This document shows positions 1 to 9,710 of a stretch of DNA of 64,000 bases, one piece after another. Origin of the DNA: Opitutales bacterium (GTDB taxonomy: Bacteria; Verrucomicrobiota; Verrucomicrobiia; Opitutales; UBA2987); NCBI GenBank assembly GCA_965226885.1, contig CBDDEL010000011.1:315362-379361 (forward strand), read 5' to 3'. The translations under genes were made by a program, and so were the position numbers. The notes beneath the pieces were generated by a model. That model saw only the letters and a program-made list of their open reading frames with translations, ran no database searches and was not told the origin of the DNA. Position 1 is the stretch's first letter. Every line of letters begins with the position of its first letter.

Positions 1-725
1 GTGCTGGTCTTGAAGCGGCCGTAGAACGATTCCATGGCCGCGTTGTCGTAGCAGTTGCCTTGGGCGCTCATGCTCGGCTTCATGCCTAGTTCAGAGACCA
101 GCCTCTGATAGTCGTCGCTGGCGTAGGGGCTGCCCCGATCGCTGTGATGAATAATCCCGGTGCGCAGTGTGCCGCGGGTCATGGCCGCGGCTTTGAGGGC
201 CTTGCCAACCAGCTTCGCGTCGTTGTGGTTGGAAACGCTCCAGCCCAGCAGGCGTCGGCTGAACAGGTCCATCACCGTGGCCAAGTACATCCAACCGGCC
301 AGGGTCCGTAGGTAGGTCGTGTCCGCCACCCAGACCTCGTCGATATGGGTCGGCTGGCCATGCTTTTTAAGCACATTGGGGCTGTAACCATAGGGATGGT
401 TACTGTTGGTTCTTAATGGCTTAAAGCGTTTACTCTGGGTGCTTTTGATTCCCATTTCACGCATCAGACGCAGAGCCCGGTCACGGCCGCAATCGATGCC
501 CTCATCATCCTTCAGATGGCGGTGCATTGGCCGATGCCCATAGCGGCCCTTGGCCTCTTTGTGTACCTTCAGGATCGCCCCCTTGATTCCCTCGTCCTCG
601 ATCCGCCGGGCCGAGGGCGCTCGGTGCCTCCAGCAGTAATAGCCACTGCGACAAATCCCCATCGCCGAGCATATTTCCTCGATCTTGAAGCGCCCCTCGT
701 TGTCTTTGACAAACTGGTACTTCAT
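1..725 (-). CDS. IS3-family transposase OrfB (partial)
   Basis: Same sequence as OrfB at 43987-44904, with WVADTTY and HHSDRGS DDE-core motifs. Confidence 0.9.
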   Translation of the reverse strand, partial: MKYQFVKDNEGRFKIEEICSAMGICRSGYYCWRHRAPSARRIEDEGIKGAILKVHKEAKGRYGHRPMHRHLKDDEGIDCGRDRALRLMREMGIKSTQSKRFKPLRTNSNHPYGYSPNVLKKHGQPTHIDEVWVADTTYLRTLAGWMYLATVMDLFSRRLLGWSVSNHNDAKLVGKALKAAAMTRGTLRTGIIHHSDRGSPYASDDYQRLVSELGMKPSMSAQGNCYDNAAMESFYGRFKTS

Positions 726-1033
726 TGTTCGTCCTTGGCAAAGTAGCCCACCGTTTTTTTTAGTATCTGGTTGATCCGCTCCGAGCGGCGCAGCTCTTTG
801 CGAAGACGATCTATCTCGGCCGCCATCTCCTTCGGACTGCTCTGTCGCTTTGAGGTGGCTTCGCCCTGCTGATCGTCCAGATAGAGCCTCTTCCACCTAT
901 ACAATTGGTTGGTGTTGACCCCAAGTTTGGTCGATACCTCGGTGGCGCTCAGACCATCGAGTATCATCAGTTGAACTGCCTCATTTTTGAACTCTATACT
1001 AAAGCGTCTTCTTCCCATGCTTCGATTCTCCAT
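722..1033 (-). CDS. IS3-family transposase OrfA (HTH)
   Basis: RRRFSIEFKNEAV...LYRWKR...LKK; A8C slippery run at the orfA/orfB overlap. Confidence 0.9.
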   Translation of the reverse strand: MENRSMGRRRFSIEFKNEAVQLMILDGLSATEVSTKLGVNTNQLYRWKRLYLDDQQGEATSKRQSSPKEMAAEIDRLRKELRRSERINQILKKTVGYFAKDEQ

Positions 1034-1072
1034 TTAGGAGAATCTCGTGTCCACTTTTTCCAGTGCACATCA

Positions 1073-2203
1073 GTCCCACAATATCAGTCCTCAAAGCTAC
1101 CATCGTTGGCGTAAAAAGTATGGCCGCATGGAGCTGCGTGACGCCAAGCGGCTGAAGGAGCTGGAGCGCGAGAACACACAGCTTAAGAAGATAGTAGCCG
1201 AGCAGATGCTGGAGAACCGTGTGCTCAAGGAGGTGAACGCAAAAAAATGGTAGGCCCGAAGCAGAAAAAGGAAGCGGTGAAGCATGTATTGGCCCAAGGG
1301 TCGTGCTCGCTGCGTCGGGCCTGTCAGTATTTTGGGTTGCACCGCTCAACCTACCTGTATGAACCCAAGAAAGCTACTGAGTATAGGCATAAACTGGTGG
1401 CACGCATCATTGCCTTTTCGAAGAAGCATCCGCGCTATGGCTATCGTCGGATCCGCGCTTTGTTGACCCATGAAGGTTGGCCCGTGAGTCGCAAATTCGT
1501 CCAAAAAGTGCGTCGTTTCGAAGGACTGGGTGTGCGGCCGCCTGGCAAGCGCCGTCGCCGGCAGGGCCAATCCACGGCTACCCCGACCCGAGCAGTGCAG
1601 CCCAACCATGTGTGGAGTTGGGACTTTGTGGCGGATCGCACCGACCGGGGCGGTCCGCTCAGGCTCTTGACACTGATCGATGAACATACCCGTCAATGCC
1701 TGGCCATTAAGGTTGCGCGCTCACTGAAAAGTGCCGATGTGGTAGAGGTATTGAACGATGCCATAAGAGAGAACGGCAAACCTCAGTGCATCCGCTCGGA
1801 CAACGGATCGGAGTTTATAGCCCACCAAGTCAAAGAAGAACTGCAGCGACAGGAAATTGCCATCGCATACATTGATCCAGGAAGCCCTTGGCAGAATGGA
1901 CATATAGAATCCTTTCATAATCGTTTGCGCGATGAATGCCTTAATCAGGAACTGTTCCTGAGCGTGACCGAAGCGCGTGTGGTGGTCGAACAATGGCGAC
2001 ACAAATACAACGCGAAACACCCCCACAGCCGATTAGGCTTTCTCTCCCCAAATACATTTGCCAGACTCTGGCGAACAATCAACAAAGCAGCGGCTGGCTC
2101 CATTCGGCCTACGGCCTCATTGCGCCACCCGCTGCAAAACCTACAATACCAAACCTACGGAAATACTCTCACTTAAAGTGGTAGCAAAGATGGGGTCCGA
2201 TCA
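1073..2203 (+). mobile_element. IS3-family element type B (IS407-like), 5' part interrupted by IS3-A, itself inserted in the IS5-like element
   Basis: Right end GTGGTAGCAAAGATGGGGTCCGATCA at 2203; matches the complete copy at 46773-48065. Confidence 0.92.
1247..2176 (+). CDS. IS3-family transposase OrfB
   Basis: HPRYGYRR, WSWDFV, IRSDNGSEF and PGSPWQNGHIESF motifs. Confidence 0.92.
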   Translation: MVGPKQKKEAVKHVLAQGSCSLRRACQYFGLHRSTYLYEPKKATEYRHKLVARIIAFSKKHPRYGYRRIRALLTHEGWPVSRKFVQKVRRFEGLGVRPPGKRRRRQGQSTATPTRAVQPNHVWSWDFVADRTDRGGPLRLLTLIDEHTRQCLAIKVARSLKSADVVEVLNDAIRENGKPQCIRSDNGSEFIAHQVKEELQRQEIAIAYIDPGSPWQNGHIESFHNRLRDECLNQELFLSVTEARVVVEQWRHKYNAKHPHSRLGFLSPNTFARLWRTINKAAAGSIRPTASLRHPLQNLQYQTYGNTLT

Positions 2204-3454
2204 CTGGGCCGTCTGCTCGGAGGGATTTCGTTTCGGCATTTGTCGCGGGCTCTGGGCTGCAGCGATCTGTTGGCCGACTTTTGCCGTGTCCGGCAGATCG
2301 ATGGCATCAGGGGCATCTCCAAAAGCACCCTGGAGCGGGCCTCGAAGTTTTTCAGCGAAGAGCAGTTGAGGGCCTTGCACCGGACCTTGACTGAGGTGGT
2401 GGGCGATGCCCTTCTGGCCCGGCAGGTGGGATTGGACAAGCCGATTGACACCACCATTTGCCTGATCGACGGCGCCTGTTTGGAGGCTAACATTCATTGG
2501 CCGACGGACTGGGTATTACTCAAGGATGTAGCCGGCACGTTGCTCAAAGCGATCCGGCTGATCCGCGAGAAGGCCGGTTTGCGCCATCGCATGCCGATCG
2601 AACCGGAGCCCTTGGCTCGGCAGATGAATCGGCTGTGCATACAGATGACCCACAGCCGGCGGCGAAAGGACAGCGCGCGGCAGCGCAAGGGTATCTTGAG
2701 GCAGATGAAAAAGCTGCTCAAACGGATCGGGGAGCATGCCCGCAGTCACCGGGAATTATTGCAAGCCTGCTGGGAGCAAAGCGATTACAGCGAAAAACAG
2801 GTCCAACAGATCCTCGCCCGGATGGAGCGCATGAGCGAGCAAATCCCGGTGGTCATCAAACAGGCGCACGAGCGGATCATTGGCGGCCGCCAGGTGAAAA
2901 ACGCAGAGAAAGTCTTGAGTGTTTACGAACTCGATGGGCAGGTGATTGTGCGAGGTAAAGCGGGCCAAGAGGTCGAGTTCGGCAACACCCTGTTTTTGGG
3001 AGAAAGCGTTGAAGGGTACCTGCTGGACTGGAAACTCTACGGCAGCCGAACTCCAAGCGAAAATGAACAAATGCAAGAGAGTTTGCAAAGACAGAACCGC
3101 TTCAACCTGGAAGAACCCATAGCGGCCATGTGCGCGGACCGGGGATTTGCCTCCCAGCGGGCCCGCCGGCAGTTAGCCCAGGAGGGAATCTACGACGCGC
3201 TCTGTCCACGCGATCCGAAGCAGTTGAAAAAACGGATGGAGGAACCACTGTTCAGACAATTGCAAAAGCGCCGGGCCAGCACCGAAGGGCGGATCGGGGT
3301 ATTGAAGAATCGCTGGCAGGCCGGGCGGTTGCGCAGCAAAGGCTTTGCCAACCGCTCGATCAGCGTAGCCTGGTCGGTACTCTCGCACAACCTATGGAAA
3401 GTAGCCAAGATGCTGGCCCAGCAAGACGAACTAAAAACCAAAGCGGCGGCCTAG
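2204..3454 (+). pseudogene. IS5-like/ISNCY-type DDE transposase, N-terminus separated by IS3-B insertion
   Basis: Corresponds to residues ~78-493 of the 493-aa transposase. Confidence 0.85.
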
Positions 3455-4278
3455 CCCGGATATTTCGTAAAAAAAGTATCGTTGATATGCTTAACTGCTG
3501 ATATACAGCAGGATAGATCAATAATTAAAGCAATATCAGCGATGACAAAAGGTAAACAATTAAAGCTACAGTTGACAAGGGTAAAAGGCCGCCGTGTGCG
3601 GGTTGATTTCAAGGGCGGAGAGGTTACTTCGGATGCCGGACTGCTTTTGATCCGGGAAGTGGATCGGCAGTTGGGCTTGACCGAACGAGCGGCCCGACAG
3701 TTAGTGGACAAACGGCAGAAGGGCAAAGTACGCCATGAGGTATTGGGGATGCTGCGGCAGCGCGTTTACGGGCTGGTGGCGGGCTATGAGGATTTGAACG
3801 ACTTTGATACCCTGCGCCACGATCCATTGTTGCAAACGGTAACGGGGCGCATTGAAACGTTGGCCAGCGCGCCGACTGTGTGTCGTTTTGAAAACGGGCA
3901 GGATCGGCGGGCGGCCTTTGCGGTAAACGAGCTGTTGGTCGAACAGTTCATGGGCTCCTTTGCCGAGGAACCCGAAGAGATCATCCTGGACTTTGACGCC
4001 ACCGACAATCCGGTGCACGGGCTCCAGGAGGGACGTTTTTTCCACGGTTATTATGATCATTACTGTTTTCTGCCGCTATATGTTTTTTGCGGTGATCAGC
4101 TGCTGGTGGCCTACCTGCGGCCGAGCAAGATCGATGCCAGCAAGCATGCCGGGGCCATCCTCAAATTGCTGGTTAAACGGATTCGCCAAAGCTGGCCCCG
4201 TACGCGGATTATTTGGCGCGCCGACAGTGGATTTTGTCGAGACCGGATACTCTCTTGGTGCGACCGCAACGAAGTTAG

Positions 4279-5845
4279 CCCGGATATCTCATGAAGGGTA
4301 AAGTTTGGCTCGTTATTGCTATTGGAGATGGATTTCTTTGTATTTTGAGCAGATCGTCTTGATTTTTAGGTGTTTTTCAGGGTGTAGAGACACTGCCCCC
4401 TTTCCCCCATTGGTTCGGTAGTGCCGGGGGCAGCACCAATGCACCCTTTAGGTTGGCACCAATCGGCGGGCCGCATGGTTGAAAAGACTGGCCCAAGGAT
4501 AACTCTCACTTAGGTGAAAGTGAATCGTTCGGGTGTTGCGCACGATGACCGCTCCGATCTTGATTAATTTGAGCCGCAGGGTGTGGCATTGGGCCCGCGC
4601 CCACTTCGTCCCTTTTAAGGCTAACCGGCGCATGGCTTCCATCAAGGTGTAGGCCAGCGCCGACAAGAGCAATCGCCACTGATTGGCCCACCATTGATGG
4701 GCGCTGGTGCGCTCGCTGAACAATTGCATCTGTTCCTTGATTCGGTTCTCCATTTCACCGCGGCCACAGTATACCTTGTCGTAAAGCTCCTGGGGATCGC
4801 CCGGCAGGTTCGTCACCACGAAGCGCGGGTTGGACCCCTGTGCGGTGTGTTCGGCTTTATGGATGACCAACCGCAGCCATCGCCACGAATCGGCAGCATA
4901 GACGAAGTCCTGGAATAACCGTTGTTTTTTACCCCTTAGTTCGAACCATTCTTTGGCCTGCTTTTGCAACTGCTGGGCGTCTTGCTGCAAGCGTGCATTG
5001 CGAGCCATCCCCACGATGTAACTAACTTCGTTGCGGTCGCACCAAGAGAGTATCCGGTCTCGACAAAATCCACTGTCGGCGCGCCAAATAATCCGCTTAC
5101 GGGGCCAGCTTTGGCGAATCCGTTTAACCAGCAATTTGAGGATGGCCCCGGCATGCTTGCTGGCATCGATCTTGCTCGGCCGCAGGTAGGCCACCAGCAG
5201 CTGATCACCGCAAAAAACATATAGCGGCAGAAAACAGTAATGATCATAATAACCGTGGAAAAAACGTCCCTCCTGGAGCCCGTGCACCGGATTGTCGGTG
5301 GCGTCAAAGTCCAGGATGATCTCTTCGGGTTCCTCGGCAAAGGAGCCCATGAACTGTTCGACCAACAGCTCGTTTACCGCAAAGGCCGCCCGCCGATCCT
5401 GCCCGTTTTCAAAACGACACAAAGTCGGCGCGCTGGCCAACGTTTCAATGCGCCCCGTTACCGTTTGCAACAATGGATCGTGGCGCAGGGTATCAAAGTC
5501 GTTCAAATCCTCATAGCCCGCCACCAGCCCGTAAACGCGCTGCCGCAGCATCCCCAATACCTCATGGCGTACTTTGCCCTTCTGCCGTTTGTCCACTAAC
5601 TGTCGGGCCGCTCGTTCGGTCAAGCCCAACTGCCGATCCACTTCCCGAATCAAAAGCAGTCCGGCATCCGAAGTGACCTCTCCGCCCTTGAAATCAACCC
5701 GCACACGGCGGCCTTTTACCCTTGTCAACTGTAGCTTTAATTGTTTACCTTTTGTCATCGCTGATATTGCTTTAATTATTGATCTATCCTGCTGTATATC
5801 AGCAGTTAAGCATATCAACGATACTTTTTTTACGAAATATCCGGG
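4279..5845 (-). mobile_element. IS1380-family element (1567 bp), nested in inverted orientation
   Basis: Both inverted repeats present; flanks TTAG (4275-4278) and CTAG (5846-5849). Confidence 0.95.
4448..5818 (-). CDS. IS1380-family transposase (only intact copy in the window)
   Basis: TSDAGLLL, GYEDLND, LDFDATD, RADSGF and RGEMENRIKE motifs. True start may be the MTKGKQ ATG. Confidence 0.93.
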   Translation of the reverse strand: MICLTADIQQDRSIIKAISAMTKGKQLKLQLTRVKGRRVRVDFKGGEVTSDAGLLLIREVDRQLGLTERAARQLVDKRQKGKVRHEVLGMLRQRVYGLVAGYEDLNDFDTLRHDPLLQTVTGRIETLASAPTLCRFENGQDRRAAFAVNELLVEQFMGSFAEEPEEIILDFDATDNPVHGLQEGRFFHGYYDHYCFLPLYVFCGDQLLVAYLRPSKIDASKHAGAILKLLVKRIRQSWPRKRIIWRADSGFCRDRILSWCDRNEVSYIVGMARNARLQQDAQQLQKQAKEWFELRGKKQRLFQDFVYAADSWRWLRLVIHKAEHTAQGSNPRFVVTNLPGDPQELYDKVYCGRGEMENRIKEQMQLFSERTSAHQWWANQWRLLLSALAYTLMEAMRRLALKGTKWARAQCHTLRLKLIKIGAVIVRNTRTIHFHLSESYPWASLFNHAARRLVPT

Positions 5846-7372
5846 CTAGTTACATCGTGGGGATGGCTCGCAATGCACGCTTGCAGCAAGACGCCCAGCA
5901 GTTGCAAAAGCAGGCCAAAGAATGGTTCGAACTAAGGGGTAAAAAACAACGGTTATTCCAGGACTTCGTCTATGCTGCCGATTCGTGGCGATGGCTGCGG
6001 TTGGTCATCCATAAAGCCGAACACACCGCACAGGGGTCCAACCCGCGCTTCGTGGTGACGAACCTGCCGGGCGATCCCCAGGAGCTTTACGACAAGGTAT
6101 ACTGTGGCCGCGGTGAAATGGAGAACCGAATCAAGGAACAGATGCAATTGTTCAGCGAGCGCACCAGCGCCCATCAATGGTGGGCCAATCAGTGGCGATT
6201 GCTCTTGTCGGCGCTGGCCTACACCTTGATGGAAGCCATGCGCCGGTTAGCCTTAAAAGGGACGAAGTGGGCGCGGGCCCAATGCCACACCCTGCGGCTC
6301 AAATTAATCAAGATCGGAGCGGTCATCGTGCGCAACACCCGAACGATTCACTTTCACCTAAGTGAGAGTTATCCTTGGGCCAGTCTTTTCAACCATGCGG
6401 CCCGCCGATTGGTGCCAACCTAAAGGGTGCATTGGTGCTGCCCCCGGCACTACCGAACCAATGGGGGAAAGGGGGCAGTGTCTCTACACCCTGAAAAACA
6501 CCTAAAAATCAAGACGATCTGCTCAAAATACAAAGAAATCCATCTCCAATAGCAATAACGAGCCAAACGAGCCAAACTTTACCCTTCATGAAATATCCGG
6601 GCTAGAGAGCGGAAAAGCAAGGACAATACTTTTTCACAGCCGTACTGTCGGCTCATACAAAGAAAACCAGGCAACCGGACCCCAAAACCAGTATCCTAAC
6701 GTTATAGGAGAGCAAAGTTGATACTCTCCCAAATGCAAATACCTCTAAAATGAGCGCCTATCAAAAGCCCTCGCAAAAATCACCCTTTTGGGACAGCCTC
6801 TATAATAGAGTAGCGTGGAACAAAGAGTCGAAAGAAGGCAGCCGTTGGTGCCAGCCGGTAAGTCCTGCGGAAATCCAGGCGGCTCAAGAAGGAAAATGGC
6901 GCGTTATCCTTACTCCAAACAAAAGCGTTCCCTCTGCATGGTTCGGCGACCTGAAAGGAAAGAAATTTTTATGTTTGGCCTCGGGAGGTGGGCAGCAGGC
7001 TCCGCTCCTGGCAGCTGGCCAAGGATCAGTTTGTGGCGGACCGCGATTCGCTCGATGTGAACACGGTGCAGGGCGATATGGCTGATCTTTCCGCCTTCGA
7101 AAACGAAAGCTTTGATCTCATCTTTCATCCCGTATCGAATGTGTTTGCGGAGAACATTGAACCCGTTTGGAAGGAATGCTTTCGTGTATTGAAATGGAAC
7201 GGACGTTTGCTAACAGGGTTCATGAATCCAATGTTTTTCCTGTTCGATCATGAAGAGGTAGAAGAAACGGGGGTTCTCCAGGTCAAATATTCATTGCCTT
7301 TTTCGGAACTGAGCAGCCTTTCAGAGGACAAGAGAGAAAAGATAATTAAAGAAGGTTTGCCCTACGAGTTTG

Positions 7373-8174
7373 GGTAGTGTATAAAAAAAGAATGTTATTT
7401 TGTATTTTTAGCTGTACAAATAGCGTTAGGCAGTTTATTCTTAGTGCATGGTTACTAAAATTATTAATTGTCGGCACTGTGGAAGTGAAAATATCATTAA
7501 ATTTGGCAAGACGCCCAACCATAAACAGCGCTACCGCTGCCATGATTGTGGTAAACAAAGCCGCGAAAACCCCACAGTGAAATACACCGAAGAGCAAAAA
7601 GAAATGATCCTTCGAGTCTATCAGGAACGCAGCAGTCTACGCGGTTTACAGCGCGCCTTCGGGGTGAGTCCCAACACCGTTTTGAGTTGGTTAAAAAAAA
7701 CGACAATCGCTGCGACCGCTCAAAAGCACGATTCTTGCGGCCCGCCGCCATGATGTCATTGAACTGGACGAACTGTGGTCTTTTGTGGGGCGCAAGAGCG
7801 ATGCCCAATGGGTTTGGATCGCTCTTTGCCGACGCACCCGTCAAATCCTCTCCTATGCCATTGGGCCTCGGGATTGGTATCGTTGCCGGGAACTTTACGA
7901 GCGTCTGCCACGGGCCTACAAAAGATGTGCCACCTACAGCGACTTTTGGAGCACTTATGATGAAGTCTTTCCTCATAACCGCTCCGTGGGAAAAGAAACC
8001 GGTGAAACGGCCCATGTGGAACGATGGAACAATACCCTGCGCCAACGACTGGGTCGTTTCACACGCAAAACCCTCTCCTTTTCCAAGCTTAAGAGTATGC
8101 ATGAAACCTGTCTGAGACTTTTCATTCATCAATATAATCAAGAATTAGCCACCATTCCTACTTAATACACTACC
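7373..8174 (+). mobile_element. IS1-family element type 1 (802 bp)
   Basis: Ends GGTAGTGT / ACACTACC; 8-bp target duplication CGAGTTTG. Confidence 0.95.
7448..8165 (+). CDS. IS1-family transposase (InsA/InsB joined by programmed frameshift)
   Basis: InsA zinc finger CRHC...CHDC; TTAAAAAAAAC slippery site at ~7691; InsB DELWSFVG, YSDFW and ERWNNTLR motifs. Confidence 0.9.
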
Positions 8175-8328
8175 CGAGTTTGGACATACCCTGGAAGAGC
8201 AAATTGGAGGTCAAATCGCCGCAGGTTTGGTCATTTGCGGTCTCTATGAAGACGATTGGGATGAAGAGGCAACGCCACTGGACAGATTCGGATCGGTATA
8301 TATTTCGACACTTGCCATGAAAATACGG

Positions 8329-8387
8329 ATTGAGCAAACCGCTTCAGTCAACACAGCCCAACCGCGCAACTGAGATTCGCGTTAGAT
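8329..8387 (+). other. Degenerate attC-like (59-base element) site
   Basis: Ends in GTTAGAT, with inner CTTCAGT / ACTGAG inverted repeat, 59 bp long, at the 3' end of the methyltransferase gene. The R'' box is imperfect (ATTGAGC). Confidence 0.45.
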
Positions 8388-8488
8388 AGCGCTCGAAAGC
8401 ACTTTCATTATCTGCGTTTATTTGTATAATCCGTGGTTTTATGAATCATTAAGGTTCACTTTTATCAGGTCGAATTTTCAAAATCAAA

Positions 8489-9541
8489 ATGGAGAAAATG
8501 AACATGCGTATCCGCTTTTTTCAAAGAATATCATCATTACTGTTATCGGCATTGTCCTTGCTCTTCCTCGCTACGGCCAATGGCGAACCCAAAAAATGGG
8601 AACAAGGCCAGGGCTGGGGTTGGGTCTGGGGTGAAGAAGACGAGGTGGGTGCGCTCAACGAGATAACGCCAGAAATGATTCTGAAGGCCATCGGGCTGGT
8701 GAAAAAGGGCCAGGTGCGCGATCTCGGCATCGTATACGACCGAACTTCCTTCAAATGGCCGGGGCACTCGCCCGCTGAAATTATCACCTTCCGCAGTCCC
8801 GAGGGCGTTCGACGGCAAAAGGATTTGGACTTCACTTTACCCGAAAACGGAAACACCTCGCTGACCACCTGGCATAGTTGCGCCATTTTCATCAATGACA
8901 ATGTGGCTACCCAAATCGACGGTCTGGGCCACGCCGTAACCGGTGAGGACAACCATTGGTACAACGGTTTCAAAGAGGCTGACTGGGGCGGCAACTGGGG
9001 CCCGAGAAAAGCCGGTGCGGAAACCATACCCCCCGTCATTGCCCGAGGAGTGCTCATCGACGTGGCCGGCTACAAGGGCCTGGAAGTTTTGCCCTCTAAA
9101 TACATCATTACCGTCGATGACCTCGAAGGCGCTCTCCAACGCCAGGGAACGGAATTACAGTTTGGCGATGTGGTTCTGGTTCGCACGGGCGTCTTGCGTT
9201 TTTGGGGAAAAACCGGGGCCGACAACGATAAAATAGCTGAATACGATTCGGCTGGAATGCAGCTGCCGGCTGCCAAATGGCTGGTCGAGGAACACGGCGT
9301 CATCATGGTCGGTTCGGACACCTCAAGCTTCGAAATGATGCAACCGCCGCCCGTTGGAAGCGGCAGCTTTATGCCGGTGCACGATTACCTCTTAATCGAG
9401 CAAGGAGTCCACATCGCCGAATTCCATTACCTCGAAGACCTGGCCAAAGAAAAAGTTTATGAATTCCTCTACATCGCAACGACCAACAAAATCAAAGGAG
9501 CCACCGCCGGCTTCACCATGCGCCCGTTGGCTATTTATTAG
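8489..9541 (+). CDS. Secreted cyclase-family (kynurenine formamidase-like) metallohydrolase
   Basis: Signal-peptide-like N-terminus; WGEEDEVGALN, TQIDGLGH, RGVLID, GDVVLVRTG, VGSDT and PVH...E motifs. Confidence 0.88.
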   Translation: MEKMNMRIRFFQRISSLLLSALSLLFLATANGEPKKWEQGQGWGWVWGEEDEVGALNEITPEMILKAIGLVKKGQVRDLGIVYDRTSFKWPGHSPAEIITFRSPEGVRRQKDLDFTLPENGNTSLTTWHSCAIFINDNVATQIDGLGHAVTGEDNHWYNGFKEADWGGNWGPRKAGAETIPPVIARGVLIDVAGYKGLEVLPSKYIITVDDLEGALQRQGTELQFGDVVLVRTGVLRFWGKTGADNDKIAEYDSAGMQLPAAKWLVEEHGVIMVGSDTSSFEMMQPPPVGSGSFMPVHDYLLIEQGVHIAEFHYLEDLAKEKVYEFLYIATTNKIKGATAGFTMRPLAIY

Positions 9542-9572
9542 AACCTTATTATGCGATTGTTACCTTAATGAA

Positions 9573-9710
9573 ATGATTACCGTAGAGGAGATTGAAGCAG
9601 TGATTGAGAAACTCCCTGAAGATGCGCAGAGGGAATTGGCACAACGGTTGGCTGCTCGCCTTGGGGATGCATGGGATGAGGAGATTGAAACCGATGCTGA
9701 AGCAGGCTAA
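9573..9710 (+). pseudogene. Small antitoxin-like protein, probably truncated
   Basis: MITVEEIEAVIEKLP...WDEEIETDAEAG resembles small addiction-module proteins; it ends at the IS1380 target CTAA. Confidence 0.45.

Larger units (their letters stand above)
1..1072 (-). mobile_element. IS3-family element type A (partial at window edge), inserted into orfA of IS3 type B
   Basis: Left end TGATGTGCACTGGAAAAAGTGGACAC (reverse complement) finishes at 1072. Near-identical to copies at 43924-45251 and 56478-57819. Adjacent sequence resumes mid-orfA of type B. Confidence 0.93.
3455..6601 (+). mobile_element. IS1380-family element, split by an inverted second copy
   Basis: Inverted repeats CCCGGATATTTC / GAAATATCCGGG; CTAG duplicated at 3451-3454 and 6602-6605. 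Transposase halves lie at ~3482-4278 and 5850-6423. Confidence 0.93.
2204..6800 (+). mobile_element. IS5-like/ISNCY-type element (3' portion), interrupted by IS3-B upstream and by IS1380 at its stop codon
   Basis: Matches complete copies at 27992-29808 and 51926-53742. The 3' tail resumes at 6602 and ends TTTTGGGACAGCCTC at 6800. Confidence 0.88.
6801..8373 (+). pseudogene. Class I SAM-dependent methyltransferase, disrupted
   Basis: LCLASGGGQQ, GDMADLS, FDLIFHPVSN and FGHTLEEQIGGQ motifs. The 5' end is cut by the IS5-like element, there is a frame-shifting internal deletion near 7010-7020, and IS1 is inserted at 7373. Confidence 0.85.

Noticed and set aside
7691..7701. Split ORFs in IS1 and IS3 elements as pseudogenes
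   Set aside because: The A-rich slippery sites are identical in all copies and match normal programmed -1 frameshifting.
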